Shown here piece after piece: positions 36,121 through 45,759 of a DNA stretch of 64,000 nucleotides. The DNA lies in assembly GCA_038279365.1 (NCBI GenBank), contig JAYODI010000006.1, forward strand, positions 4,354 to 68,353. Reading direction: 5' to 3'. Numbering within the stretch: position 1 is the first letter of the stretch; each line of letters begins with the position of its first letter. The translations under genes were made by a program, and so were the position numbers. Below the pieces are notes generated by a model. That model had not been told where the DNA came from. It searched no databases and saw only the letters and a list, made by a program, of their open reading frames with translations. Source of the DNA: Candidatus Latescibacterota bacterium (lineage in GTDB: Bacteria; Latescibacterota; UBA2968).

Positions 36121-39100
36121 ATGAGCCTGCTGCACTTCTTCCGTAAACCCGCTCTCTCCCCGGCACAAAAACAAACCTTGCTCAAAAATGCCCGGCAAAA
36201 TGTATCAACCAACATTCAAGACCTTGATACCGAATACTGTTTTAACATCGACGTAAGCACCCCACTCTCTGCCGAACAACAAAATCTACTCGCTTGGCTC
36301 TTGAGAGAAACCTTCGAAGCCGATGCATTTTCCAATCAAAGCTTTTTAAAAGGACACGTGCTCGAAGTGGGCCCACGCCTGAACTTTAGCACTGCCTGGT
36401 CCACCAACGCCACATCCATTTGTCACGCCTGTGGGCTCACACAAATCACACGCATAGAACGCTCGCGTCGCTACCTCATCAAAGGCACGCTCAGTCCGGC
36501 AGAGCAAGAACAGTTCTTGGCTTTGGTTCACGACCGAATGACCGAATGCCCCTATCCAGAACCACTCACAACCTTTGAAACAGGTGTCACCCCAGAGCCC
36601 ACTTTTGAAATCCCGCTCATTGAAGAAGGTCGTGCCGCCTTAGAACGCATCAACCGCGAAATGGGCTTGGCCTTTGACGATTGGGATATGGACTATTACA
36701 CCGATCTGTTTCTCGATCAAATCAAACGCAATCCCACCAATGTCGAGTGTTTTGACATTGCCCAGTCCAACAGCGAACACTGCCGCCATTGGTTTTTTAG
36801 AGGGCGAATGATCATCGACGGGCAAGAAATGCCCGACCACCTCATTGCCATGGTTCAAAAACCACTCAAGGCCAACCCCAACAACAGCACCATCGCCTTC
36901 AAAGACAATTCCAGTGCCATTCGTGGGTACCCCATTCGCACCCTCACTCCCACACAACCCGGAAAACCAGGCGCATTTATACTCACCGACCAAAACTACG
37001 ACATCATCTTTACCGCAGAGACACACAATTTCCCGTCTGGTGTCGCACCGTTTCCCGGTGCCGAAACGGGTACTGGCGGTCGCATTCGCGACGTGCAAGC
37101 CACAGGCCGTGGTGCGCTCGTTGTGGCAGGTACATCGGCCTATTGCGTGGGCAATCTCTACATCCCCGGTTATGATCTTCCCTGGGAAGATCGCACATTC
37201 AAATACCCCGAAAATTTGGCCACACCCTTGCAAATCGAAATTGACGCCAGCAACGGGGCCTCAGACTATGGCAACAAATTTGGCGAACCCATGATTCAGG
37301 GCTACACACGCTCATTTGGTTTGCGCTTGCCCAATGGCGAACGGCGCGAATACATCAAGCCCATCATGTTTAGTGGTGGCATTGGACAAATGGATGCACG
37401 CCACAGCGACAAAGAAAAACCCGAACCCAAAATGCTCGTCACCAAAATTGGTGGTCCCGCCTATCGTATTGGCATGGGCGGTGGTGCCGCATCCAGTATG
37501 GTGCAAGGTGAAAACGAAGCCGAACTCGACTTCAATGCCGTACAACGCGGTGATGCCGAAATGGAACAAAAGCTCAACCGCGTCATTCGCGCCTGTGTCG
37601 AATTGGGCGATGCCAATCCCATTGTCAGCATTCACGACCAAGGTGCCGGTGGCAACTGCAATGTACTTAAAGAAATTGTTGAACCCGAAGGCGCGCGCAT
37701 CGACATTCGCTCGGTTATTGTCGGTGACAACACCTTATCGGTGCTCGAAATTTGGGGTGCCGAATTTCAGGAAAACAGCGCCCTACTCGTTCGCCCCGAA
37801 CACGCCCAATTATTTGATGCCCTCTGCAAACGCGAAAAAATGCTCTACGCATTTGTAGGCGAAGTCACAGGCGATGGCAAAGTGGTCGTTTACGACAGCG
37901 AAACAGACACCACCCCCGTCGATTTGGAACTCGACAAAGTCTTAGGTGATATGCCACAAAAAACATTTAAGTTTGATCGTTTCCCCATCCAAACCCAAGC
38001 GCTCGCATTACCAAACAATCTCACCGTTGTCGATGCCTTAGATCGCGTTTTGCGTTTGGTCTCCGTGGGCTCCAAACGCTTTTTAACCAACAAAGTAGAT
38101 CGCAGCGTCACTGGGCTTATTGCCCAACAACAATGCGTGGGCCCTTTACAAATTACAGCCGCCGATGTGGCCGTTATTGCCCAAAGCCATTTCGCCACCA
38201 CTGGTGCCGCAACCGCCATTGGCGAGCAACCCATTAAAGGCCTCATCGACCCCGCCGCCATGGCCCGTCTTTGTGTGGGTGAAATGCTCACCAACATTGC
38301 TTGGGCAAACATCAGTGCCATTGAAGACATCAAATGCTCTGGCAACTGGATGTGGGCCGCCAAATTACCCGGTGAAGGTGCAGCCCTTTACGATGCTGCC
38401 CAAGCCTTGGTCGATATTCTACTCGACTTGGGCATGGCCATCGACGGGGGCAAAGACAGCCTGTCCATGGCCGCCATTGCACCAGGAGAAAACGGAAAAG
38501 ACGAAACCGTTAAAACACCAGGCACACTGGTGGTTTCAGGTTATGTCACTTGCCCAGACATCAACAAAACGGTCACCCCCGACCTCAAGTTGGCAGATTC
38601 TGGCAAATTGCTCTATATCGACTTGGGCAATGGCAAACACCGTCTGGGTGGATCATCACTGGCCCATGTCTTTCAACAATTGGGTGATACATCTCCCGAT
38701 GTTGATAACGTGGCCCAACTCAAACATGCCATAGAAGCATTACAAATCTGCATTGCAAATGGATGGATTTCAGCGGGTCACGACCGCAGCGATGGTGGGC
38801 TGATCACCACCTTGCTCGAAATGGCTTTTGCTGGCAATTGTGGCATCCAAATCAATCTCACATCTCAAGCCGATCCCATTTCAACTTTGTTTTCCGAAGA
38901 ACTCGGTTTGGTCATCGAAGTCGATCCCACACGTGAAGCCGATGTTGTAAACACTTTCCAAAACGCCAATGTGCCCATTGCCACAATTGGACACGTAACA
39001 TCCGATACGGCCATTCACGTTTCAGTTAATGCCACAACAGTGCTGCAAGCCAATATGACCGACCTGCGCAACACGTGGGAAGCCACCAGTTTCCAACTCG

Positions 39101-40026
39101 AGCGCCGCCAAACCAATCCAGAATGTGTCGATCAAGAAGAAGAAGGCTTGGTCACCCGCAGCGCACCACCTTATCAACTCACATTCACTCCCACGCCTAC
39201 ATCCAATGAAATACTTTCGGCCAAAGACAAACCCAAAGTCGCCATCATTCGCGAAGAAGGCAGCAATGGTGATCGCGAAATGACGTCTGCCTTTTTTGCC
39301 GCAGGCTTTGAACCCTGGGATGTGACCATGTCCGATCTTTTAAATGGCTTGGTCACACTCGATGCATTTCGTGGTGTTGTTTTTGTGGGTGGATTTAGTT
39401 ATGCCGATGTGCTCGATTCCGCCAAAGGCTGGGCAGGTGTCATTCGTTTCAATGAAAACCTTTGGACACAGTTCAATGCCTTTTACAATCGCCCAGACAC
39501 CTTTTCACTCGGCGTCTGCAACGGGTGCCAACTTATGGCCTTATTGGGTTGGGTGCCATTTTCTGGCCTTGAAGATACCATTCAGCCCCGTTTCATTCAC
39601 AATGCTTCAGGTCGTTTTGAATCGCGTTTTTCCACGCTTCAAGTTCAAGAAAGCCCATCCATTATGCTCAAAAATATGGCAGGGTCATCGTTGGGCGTCT
39701 GGGTGGCGCACGGTGAAGGCCAAGCCTTTTTTCCCAACAAAGACATTCTCAATCGCGTTCAAAACGAAAACTTGGTGCCCGTCAGTTATGTCGATGACAA
39801 CAATGCCCCTACCGAATCTTATCCCTTTAACCCCAATGGTTCACCCAATGGCATAGCAGGCCTCTGTTCTCCCGATGGCCGTCACTTGGCCATGATGCCC
39901 CACCCCGAACGCGCCTTTCTCAAATGGCAATGGGGATGGATGCCCACCGATTGGAAAAATAACCTGCAAGCTTCTCCTTGGTTGCAAATGTTTCAAAATG
40001 CACGCGCCTGGTGTGACACCATCTAA
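36121..40026 (+). CDS. purL: phosphoribosylformylglycinamidine synthase (large single-chain type)
   Basis: EVGPR, QSNSEHCRH, ETHNFP, GAETGTGGRIRD, GGKDSLSM, GVCNGCQ, MMPHPER; AAGGAG RBS. Confidence 0.98.
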   Translation: MSLLHFFRKPALSPAQKQTLLKNARQNVSTNIQDLDTEYCFNIDVSTPLSAEQQNLLAWLLRETFEADAFSNQSFLKGHVLEVGPRLNFSTAWSTNATSICHACGLTQITRIERSRRYLIKGTLSPAEQEQFLALVHDRMTECPYPEPLTTFETGVTPEPTFEIPLIEEGRAALERINREMGLAFDDWDMDYYTDLFLDQIKRNPTNVECFDIAQSNSEHCRHWFFRGRMIIDGQEMPDHLIAMVQKPLKANPNNSTIAFKDNSSAIRGYPIRTLTPTQPGKPGAFILTDQNYDIIFTAETHNFPSGVAPFPGAETGTGGRIRDVQATGRGALVVAGTSAYCVGNLYIPGYDLPWEDRTFKYPENLATPLQIEIDASNGASDYGNKFGEPMIQGYTRSFGLRLPNGERREYIKPIMFSGGIGQMDARHSDKEKPEPKMLVTKIGGPAYRIGMGGGAASSMVQGENEAELDFNAVQRGDAEMEQKLNRVIRACVELGDANPIVSIHDQGAGGNCNVLKEIVEPEGARIDIRSVIVGDNTLSVLEIWGAEFQENSALLVRPEHAQLFDALCKREKMLYAFVGEVTGDGKVVVYDSETDTTPVDLELDKVLGDMPQKTFKFDRFPIQTQALALPNNLTVVDALDRVLRLVSVGSKRFLTNKVDRSVTGLIAQQQCVGPLQITAADVAVIAQSHFATTGAATAIGEQPIKGLIDPAAMARLCVGEMLTNIAWANISAIEDIKCSGNWMWAAKLPGEGAALYDAAQALVDILLDLGMAIDGGKDSLSMAAIAPGENGKDETVKTPGTLVVSGYVTCPDINKTVTPDLKLADSGKLLYIDLGNGKHRLGGSSLAHVFQQLGDTSPDVDNVAQLKHAIEALQICIANGWISAGHDRSDGGLITTLLEMAFAGNCGIQINLTSQADPISTLFSEELGLVIEVDPTREADVVNTFQNANVPIATIGHVTSDTAIHVSVNATTVLQANMTDLRNTWEATSFQLERRQTNPECVDQEEEGLVTRSAPPYQLTFTPTPTSNEILSAKDKPKVAIIREEGSNGDREMTSAFFAAGFEPWDVTMSDLLNGLVTLDAFRGVVFVGGFSYADVLDSAKGWAGVIRFNENLWTQFNAFYNRPDTFSLGVCNGCQLMALLGWVPFSGLEDTIQPRFIHNASGRFESRFSTLQVQESPSIMLKNMAGSSLGVWVAHGEGQAFFPNKDILNRVQNENLVPVSYVDDNNAPTESYPFNPNGSPNGIAGLCSPDGRHLAMMPHPERAFLKWQWGWMPTDWKNNLQASPWLQMFQNARAWCDTI

Positions 40027-40037
40027 AATGAAAAAAG

Positions 40038-40080
40038 AAAAGCCCTTCAGAAATCTGATAAATTTCTGAAGGGCTTTTTT
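40038..40080. terminator. bidirectional terminator
   Basis: AAAAGCCCTTCAGAAAT/ATTTCTGAAGGGCTTTT. Confidence 0.9.
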
Positions 40081-40099
40081 AATGGCCATGCCATTCCAA

Positions 40100-40675
40100 T
40101 TATTTTTTCTTTTTTAATTCTGCAATCTTAGCCACAAAATCATCAAAATCGTAGCGGTCGCCATTGTTTTTTCCCACATACCGAAACACTTCTTTACCCT
40201 TTGGGTCAAGAATCACCAGTGCAGGGTAGTGCACCACTTGACCGTGAAATTTATATCCAAACGGAATATCAAAAGCTTTGGCAAGTCCTGCTTCTGTGTC
40301 GCGATAAATAACAGGCAAATCATCTGCAACATTTTCACCAGATTGGTTTTTCTGATCTAACTTAACGCTCCATTCTTTTATCTCTTCGTCTGTATCAGGT
40401 TTTAAAAAAACGTGTACGGCTTCTGGCACTTCATTGGCACGCCACGCATAATCAATCGTATGGCGAATACAATAAGGACAAGCCGTCTTTAATAAAAAAT
40501 GTAATGCAACATACTTCCCCTTGGCATCCGACAATTTAAAAACGCCATCACCATCGGCCTCGTGTACCACAAAATTTGTTTTATCCACACCTTCCATCTT
40601 TTTGGCATCTTCTGCCCACACCGTTGTGACACCCCATACCAAAAGCAGCAAACAACCTACCCATATATTTTTCAT
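40100..40675 (-). CDS. exported redoxin (TlpA/peroxiredoxin-like) protein
   Basis: signal peptide, FKLSDAKGKYVALHF, CPYC, YPALVILDPKG. Confidence 0.85.
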   Translation of the reverse strand: MKNIWVGCLLLLVWGVTTVWAEDAKKMEGVDKTNFVVHEADGDGVFKLSDAKGKYVALHFLLKTACPYCIRHTIDYAWRANEVPEAVHVFLKPDTDEEIKEWSVKLDQKNQSGENVADDLPVIYRDTEAGLAKAFDIPFGYKFHGQVVHYPALVILDPKGKEVFRYVGKNNGDRYDFDDFVAKIAELKKKK

Positions 40676-40793
40676 TCATTCATCTCCAAAAACAATATTG
40701 TGATTTATTCAAATGAGAAATCATACTTTCTCCGGCTATGTGAATAAATGAAAATGTAATGTATTTTACACCTCCCGCCAGTCTAACAACTTA

Positions 40794-41957
40794 TCACTCA
40801 ATACGCTCTGCGCCATTGACCGCCGAGCAAACATAAATCTCAGGCGTGAGTTTTGTCGCCTGAGGGTACTTTTCATTGATTGTAGCCATAAAGCCATCAA
40901 CAGCATCATCTTCCACCAGATTAACCGTGCAACCACCAAATCCAGCCCCCGTCATCCGTGCCCCCAAAACCCCAGGCACCCCATTGGCAATATCCACCAA
41001 CAGATCCAACTCCATACCGCTCACTTCATAATCATCGCGCAAGCTCACATGAGATGCATGCATCAATTGTCCAAAGCCAGCCACATCACCTACCTGTAAC
41101 AATGCCACAGCCTTTTTTGTGCGGTCATTTTCCGTAATGACGTGACGACATCGTTTAAATATCTCTTCCGACAATGCACCTTTATAGGTCTCCAACTGGT
41201 CCATAGATACATCGCGCAGTGCTTTAAAATCTTTTCCTGATGCCAATCCCAAATGCCGCACCCCATTCTCACATGCTGACCGACGTTCGTTATAAGCCGA
41301 AGTGGTTAACCCCCGTGTCACACCAGAATTACAAATCACAATACGCACACCCTCTTTCGCCAATGGCACCAAATCATAAGACAAGTCACGGCAATCCAAA
41401 AACAACGCGTGGCCAGCTTTGCCGTTGGCCGAAATAAACTGATCCATAATGCCACAATTAACACCCACAAATTGATTTTCGGCACGTTGCCCCAACAGCG
41501 CCAAATCGGGGCCAGAAAGATCGATATCATTTAACGCCAAAAGCATTTTCCCTACGGCCATCTCTACAGCCGCAGAACTGCTTAACCCTGCTCCCATAGG
41601 CACATTGCCCACCACCGCAGCATCAAAACCTTTAAGAGAATGACCCAATTTTTGAAATTCTCTAATCACACCTTTTCCATAATCTGCCCAATGTTTTTTA
41701 GCCACCAATTCTTTGTCCAAGGCATATTCTACCAATTCCTTATGCATGCCCGAAAACACACGCACCAACTGATCATTTCGGGCACGCACAGCAATCACCA
41801 CCCAGCGATCAATCGCAACTGGAAACACAAAACCATCATTATAGTCCGTATGTTCACCAATTAAATTCACGCGACCTGGTGCTTGTACCAAAAACTCAGG
41901 TGAACAATCAAAAGCCGATTCAAATGCACTTTGCGCCTGCACAACAATGGGATGCAC
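40794..41957 (-). CDS. galK: galactokinase
   Basis: APGRVNLIGEHTDYN, PMGAGLSSSAA, CGIMDQF, GARMTGAGFGG. Confidence 0.98.
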   Translation of the reverse strand: MHPIVVQAQSAFESAFDCSPEFLVQAPGRVNLIGEHTDYNDGFVFPVAIDRWVVIAVRARNDQLVRVFSGMHKELVEYALDKELVAKKHWADYGKGVIREFQKLGHSLKGFDAAVVGNVPMGAGLSSSAAVEMAVGKMLLALNDIDLSGPDLALLGQRAENQFVGVNCGIMDQFISANGKAGHALFLDCRDLSYDLVPLAKEGVRIVICNSGVTRGLTTSAYNERRSACENGVRHLGLASGKDFKALRDVSMDQLETYKGALSEEIFKRCRHVITENDRTKKAVALLQVGDVAGFGQLMHASHVSLRDDYEVSGMELDLLVDIANGVPGVLGARMTGAGFGGCTVNLVEDDAVDGFMATINEKYPQATKLTPEIYVCSAVNGAERIE

Positions 41958-42014
41958 ACTCGCCTCCTTCTCACTTATCAGATAAGTATTTTAAATTTTA
42001 CTGCCTCTCACCCA

Positions 42015-44162
42015 TTATCCACACATGGCATGACGCAACTCTTCGGCGGTGATATCTGGGTCCGATGGATTAATCAAATTTCCAAAAATATCGGCACCAA
42101 CCACGTGCTTTCGCAAACCTGGCCCACGCAAAAGAGAGGTGATATGAATTTGCATGTGGTATCCATAATCAACCCCATTGGTTGGCGTTTGCAACAATGC
42201 CAATGTATAATGATAAGGCGAATCAAATAAACCATCCAACCCCACCAATACACGTTTCAAAACACTGGCCAATCCCCACCGTTCACGGCCATCCAATTCA
42301 ACCAAACTGGCCACATGGCGCTTGGGTACAATCATTACATCATAAGGAAATTGTGCCGCGTAAGGCACATAAGCCACCACATCTTCCTGATCAGCGAGAA
42401 TACGCCGTCCATCATCTCTTTCAACCTGATTGGCATCACATACAAAACATCGGCCGTGATCTTTTTGATATTGTGAAAACATGGCCAATTGGGGTTTGAT
42501 AATCAGATCCGGAATTTCGCCATAGGCATACACTTGTCCATGTGGGTGAGGTTGTGAATTGCCCATCACCGTGCCTCTGTTTTCAAAAATCAACGGATAC
42601 ACAATCTCTATCTGTTTACCCAACCGATCATAAATATCTGCCCAAGCATCCACCACTTTCACAATGGCATCTACCGACAGCGTAGACAACCTTTGTGAAT
42701 GATTGGGGCCATAAACCACCACCTCACACACACCGCGCGATGTTCGTGAGGCATACGGGCCATTTTGTGAAGAAGCTTCATATGCATCCAAAACCAATGA
42801 TGAAAAATCATTGGCAAATGTCCAAACCCCTTCATACTTTGGGTTCACATCTCCCGTAACACGCGTATTGGTGGGGCACAAATAACACTCAGGTTCATAA
42901 GTTACATCCCCCCCAGTCTCCATCGCTTGGGTTTCCCCACGCCATGGTCTATTACCCCGATGGGCCGCAATATTCACCCATCGATTCCAAAATGGGTTAA
43001 ACCGCTCTTCTTGAACAACACGATATCCTTGCGGATGTAAACGATGCCAATGCCATGCCGATTCCAATGTCTCTAATAGCGTTTCTTTCGTTTTCCATCC
43101 CAACTCTTGTGCAATTTTATCGGCATTGGCAATCAGTGTCGCAGGATCCCCACTTCTGCGCTGTCCAGAAATTTCAGGAATGGCATGCCCCGTCACCTCT
43201 CTGGCCGCTTCAATAATTTCTCTGACCCCAAACCCTTTGCTCGACCCCAAATTATAGGTCATGGAAGGTGCACCGGATATTAATTTATCCAAACACAAAA
43301 CATGGGCATCGGCCAATTCGGGCACAGAAATATAATCTCTAACCGCCGTGCCATCAGGCGTGTCATAATCGTTTCCAAAAACTGTAATGTGGGGCCTTTG
43401 CCCCAATGCCACTTGTAAAACAATCGGAATCAAATGTGTTTCAGGATCGTGATCTTCACCAATCAACCGAGAACGATCTGCACCTGCTGCATTAAAATAA
43501 CGCAAAGCAGCAAACCGACGCCCCGAACGGATCAACAAACGTTCATCCATCACCTTGGTGATACCATATACATTGGTCGGAATTTTTAAATGCGCAACAT
43601 CATCACCACCCAATGCAAGCAAATCATTTTGTTCGGCAACCTCTTTTGTATACCAATTTAACAGTGTTTCAAAATCCACCGAAGCGGGCATCAACTGACT
43701 CTGATCAAACCCACCAGAAGACAAAAGCATATCCTGATAATTTTCTTTGAGAGGAATATGCTTTGAGGCAGGTTCACCATAGGTCGCAGCCGTTGAAGAT
43801 TTAACAATTGGCACATCACCCGATACAGCAACAAGATTTCGAAAAGCAATCACATTGTTGTCAAAATAAAATCTCGGTTTCTGTTGAGATTCACCCACCA
43901 AGCTTTTGGCTGCAAAATCAATAATTCCCACAAAGGAATGACGGTTAAAAACCTCAGATAATGCAGGCAAATCCAACAAACTCACTTTTTCAAAACAAAA
44001 TTGTCCTGGGCCATAAACCCGTTCAAACAATGTCAATACCTCTTTGTGCCCTGTAGACAAGTCGTCTAAAACCACAACGCGTCGATTGTCTTCTAACAGT
44101 CGGCGTGCCGTATGGCTACCAATATATCCTGCCCCACCCGTAATCAAAATCGCATCCGTCAT
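42015..44162 (-). CDS. galE-galT: UDP-glucose 4-epimerase / galactose-1-phosphate uridylyltransferase fusion
   Basis: N-half ITGGAGYIGSH, YGITK, LRYFNAAGA, RDYI; C-half RFNP...HR.NRPW.G, CYLCP, FENRG..MGNSQPHPHGQ; one uninterrupted 715-aa frame. Confidence 0.93.
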   Translation of the reverse strand: MTDAILITGGAGYIGSHTARRLLEDNRRVVVLDDLSTGHKEVLTLFERVYGPGQFCFEKVSLLDLPALSEVFNRHSFVGIIDFAAKSLVGESQQKPRFYFDNNVIAFRNLVAVSGDVPIVKSSTAATYGEPASKHIPLKENYQDMLLSSGGFDQSQLMPASVDFETLLNWYTKEVAEQNDLLALGGDDVAHLKIPTNVYGITKVMDERLLIRSGRRFAALRYFNAAGADRSRLIGEDHDPETHLIPIVLQVALGQRPHITVFGNDYDTPDGTAVRDYISVPELADAHVLCLDKLISGAPSMTYNLGSSKGFGVREIIEAAREVTGHAIPEISGQRRSGDPATLIANADKIAQELGWKTKETLLETLESAWHWHRLHPQGYRVVQEERFNPFWNRWVNIAAHRGNRPWRGETQAMETGGDVTYEPECYLCPTNTRVTGDVNPKYEGVWTFANDFSSLVLDAYEASSQNGPYASRTSRGVCEVVVYGPNHSQRLSTLSVDAIVKVVDAWADIYDRLGKQIEIVYPLIFENRGTVMGNSQPHPHGQVYAYGEIPDLIIKPQLAMFSQYQKDHGRCFVCDANQVERDDGRRILADQEDVVAYVPYAAQFPYDVMIVPKRHVASLVELDGRERWGLASVLKRVLVGLDGLFDSPYHYTLALLQTPTNGVDYGYHMQIHITSLLRGPGLRKHVVGADIFGNLINPSDPDITAEELRHAMCG

Positions 44163-44250
44163 ACCACACCCTTTTTCTAATAAACAATGAAACAGACCTA
44201 TCTTCTTACCCTGGCATCATCTGCAAAAAGATGTCCCTACCGAAAACCAC

Positions 44251-44760
44251 CTATTCATCCATTTTCATTTGAATAGGAAGCAATACCGTAAATGTTGTGC
44301 CTTCTCCCAGTTTGCTAAAAACGCGAATTTCTCCATGATGATCTTCTATAATTTGATAGCAAATTGACAACCCCAGCCCAGTTCCCACGCCGACCCCTTT
44401 GGTCGTAAAACCAGGGTCAAAAATGCGAGAAATATTTTCTTTTGATATGCCTCGCCCATTATCAACAATATCTATTTCAACCATTTCCCCAACCTTGCGT
44501 GTGCGAATCGTGATCTGCCCTTTACCCTCTATGGCCTGAGCCGCATTGACCAATAAGTTGAGAAATACTTGATTCACACGTGAAAAATAAACATCCGTGC
44601 TGTCAACCTCAGACATTATGGTCAAATCATACGGATCATGTTTATATGTGCTGTCCATATAAACGGGTTTTATCTCTTGGGCATTAACCGTTCCCCAAAT
44701 GCACCACATAAGAATCATCCACCCGCCCAAACGCAGAAGACACCCTATTGTTCTTTCCAA
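44251..44760 (-). pseudogene. internally deleted sensor kinase: signal peptide fused to an HATPase_c domain
   Basis: TTG start after GAGGTG, signal-like N-terminus (VNA/QE), then NQVFLNLLVNAAQA, DNGRGI, FDPGFTTK, GTGLGL; no HisKA or TM. Confidence 0.55.
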
Positions 44761-45071
44761 AACACACCTCACACAAGCCAGGTAAAACACCCACTATTAT
44801 CCACAGAGACCCAAAAAACATGTCCATTGCAATGGCCAATCATACCATAAGATAGGTACATTTACTGCTTTTGCAATAGCTTCCAATGCCCCAATTACAC
44901 AGGTAGGTTATAAAATATAAAACCTTTCATGATCTCCATGACAAGTAATCTCTATGCATTCAAAAGCATGTCTAACCCCATCTTCCCCCAAAAGGTGTAG
45001 ATGTCACTCAAGCCCAGTCAAACACGACACAACCATAGGCGCCCACAACCAAAAAACTGACCTTAAATCCC

Positions 45072-45100
45072 TTGACATATGCTACAAAAGTACTTATGTT
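45072..45100 (+). promoter_or_regulatory. sigma70 promoter of greA
   Basis: TTGACA-N17-TATGTT. Confidence 0.7.
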
Positions 45101-45117
45101 TTTTGAACATAAGATGA

Positions 45118-45210
45118 ATAGCGGCGTTAGGCCGCTGTTTTTATATTCCAATCTATCCCGAGGTTCTATTTCTCTGTTATTGAGGAATCGAGTTTCGGGA
45201 TAGGTTTTTA
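45118..45210 (+). promoter_or_regulatory. greA leader with two terminator-like hairpins (possible attenuator)
   Basis: TAGCGGC/GCCGCTG + TTTTT, then CTATCCCGAG.../...TTCGGGATAG + GTTTTT. Confidence 0.6.
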
Positions 45211-45233
45211 ATATTAACCTTGTAGGGAAACAT

Positions 45234-45707
45234 ATGGATCGTGTCTATTTAACCAAAGAAGGTTACGAAAAAATTCGTAGCGAATTGATTCGTTTGCAAA
45301 CGGAAGACCGCCCAAATGTCATCGCGGCCATCAAAAAAGCCCGTGAATTTGGCGACTTAAGCGAAAATGCCGAGTATCATGCAGCAAAAGAAAGACAAGC
45401 ATTTTTAGAAAATAAAATTGCAGGTCTTCAGACCAAACTTACCAATTCGGAAATCATTGACGAAAGCCTCATCCCCAAAGACAAAGCCTATTTGGGAGCT
45501 ACGGTAAAGCTCAAAGACCAAAAAACAGGAAATGAGATCCAATATAAGTTGGTCAGTACCGATGAGGCCGATATTTCAGAAAACAAAATATCTACTGCCT
45601 CACCCATTGGCAAAGCACTTTTGGGCAAAGCAGTTTCAGATGTGGTTGAAATCAAAGTACCAGTTGGTCTTCTGACTTACGAAATTCTCGAAATTTCACG
45701 CGACTAA
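45234..45707 (+). CDS. greA: transcription elongation factor GreA
   Basis: LTKEGY, AREFGDLSENAEYHAAKE, ISTASPIGKALLGK. Confidence 0.98.
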   Translation: MDRVYLTKEGYEKIRSELIRLQTEDRPNVIAAIKKAREFGDLSENAEYHAAKERQAFLENKIAGLQTKLTNSEIIDESLIPKDKAYLGATVKLKDQKTGNEIQYKLVSTDEADISENKISTASPIGKALLGKAVSDVVEIKVPVGLLTYEILEISRD

Positions 45708-45725
45708 AGCTTTTTATTATCAATT

Positions 45726-45759
45726 AAAAAAGGCGACGCATTTTTGCGTCGCCTTTTTT
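45726..45759. terminator. bidirectional terminator greA/rlmD
   Basis: AAAAAAGGCGACGCA/TGCGTCGCCTTTTTT. Confidence 0.9.

Noticed and set aside
44797-44805. DnaA box / replication origin (TTATCCACA, also at 42015-42023)
   Set aside because: Isolated single boxes, one overlapping a stop codon; no cluster, no dnaA and no skew switch.
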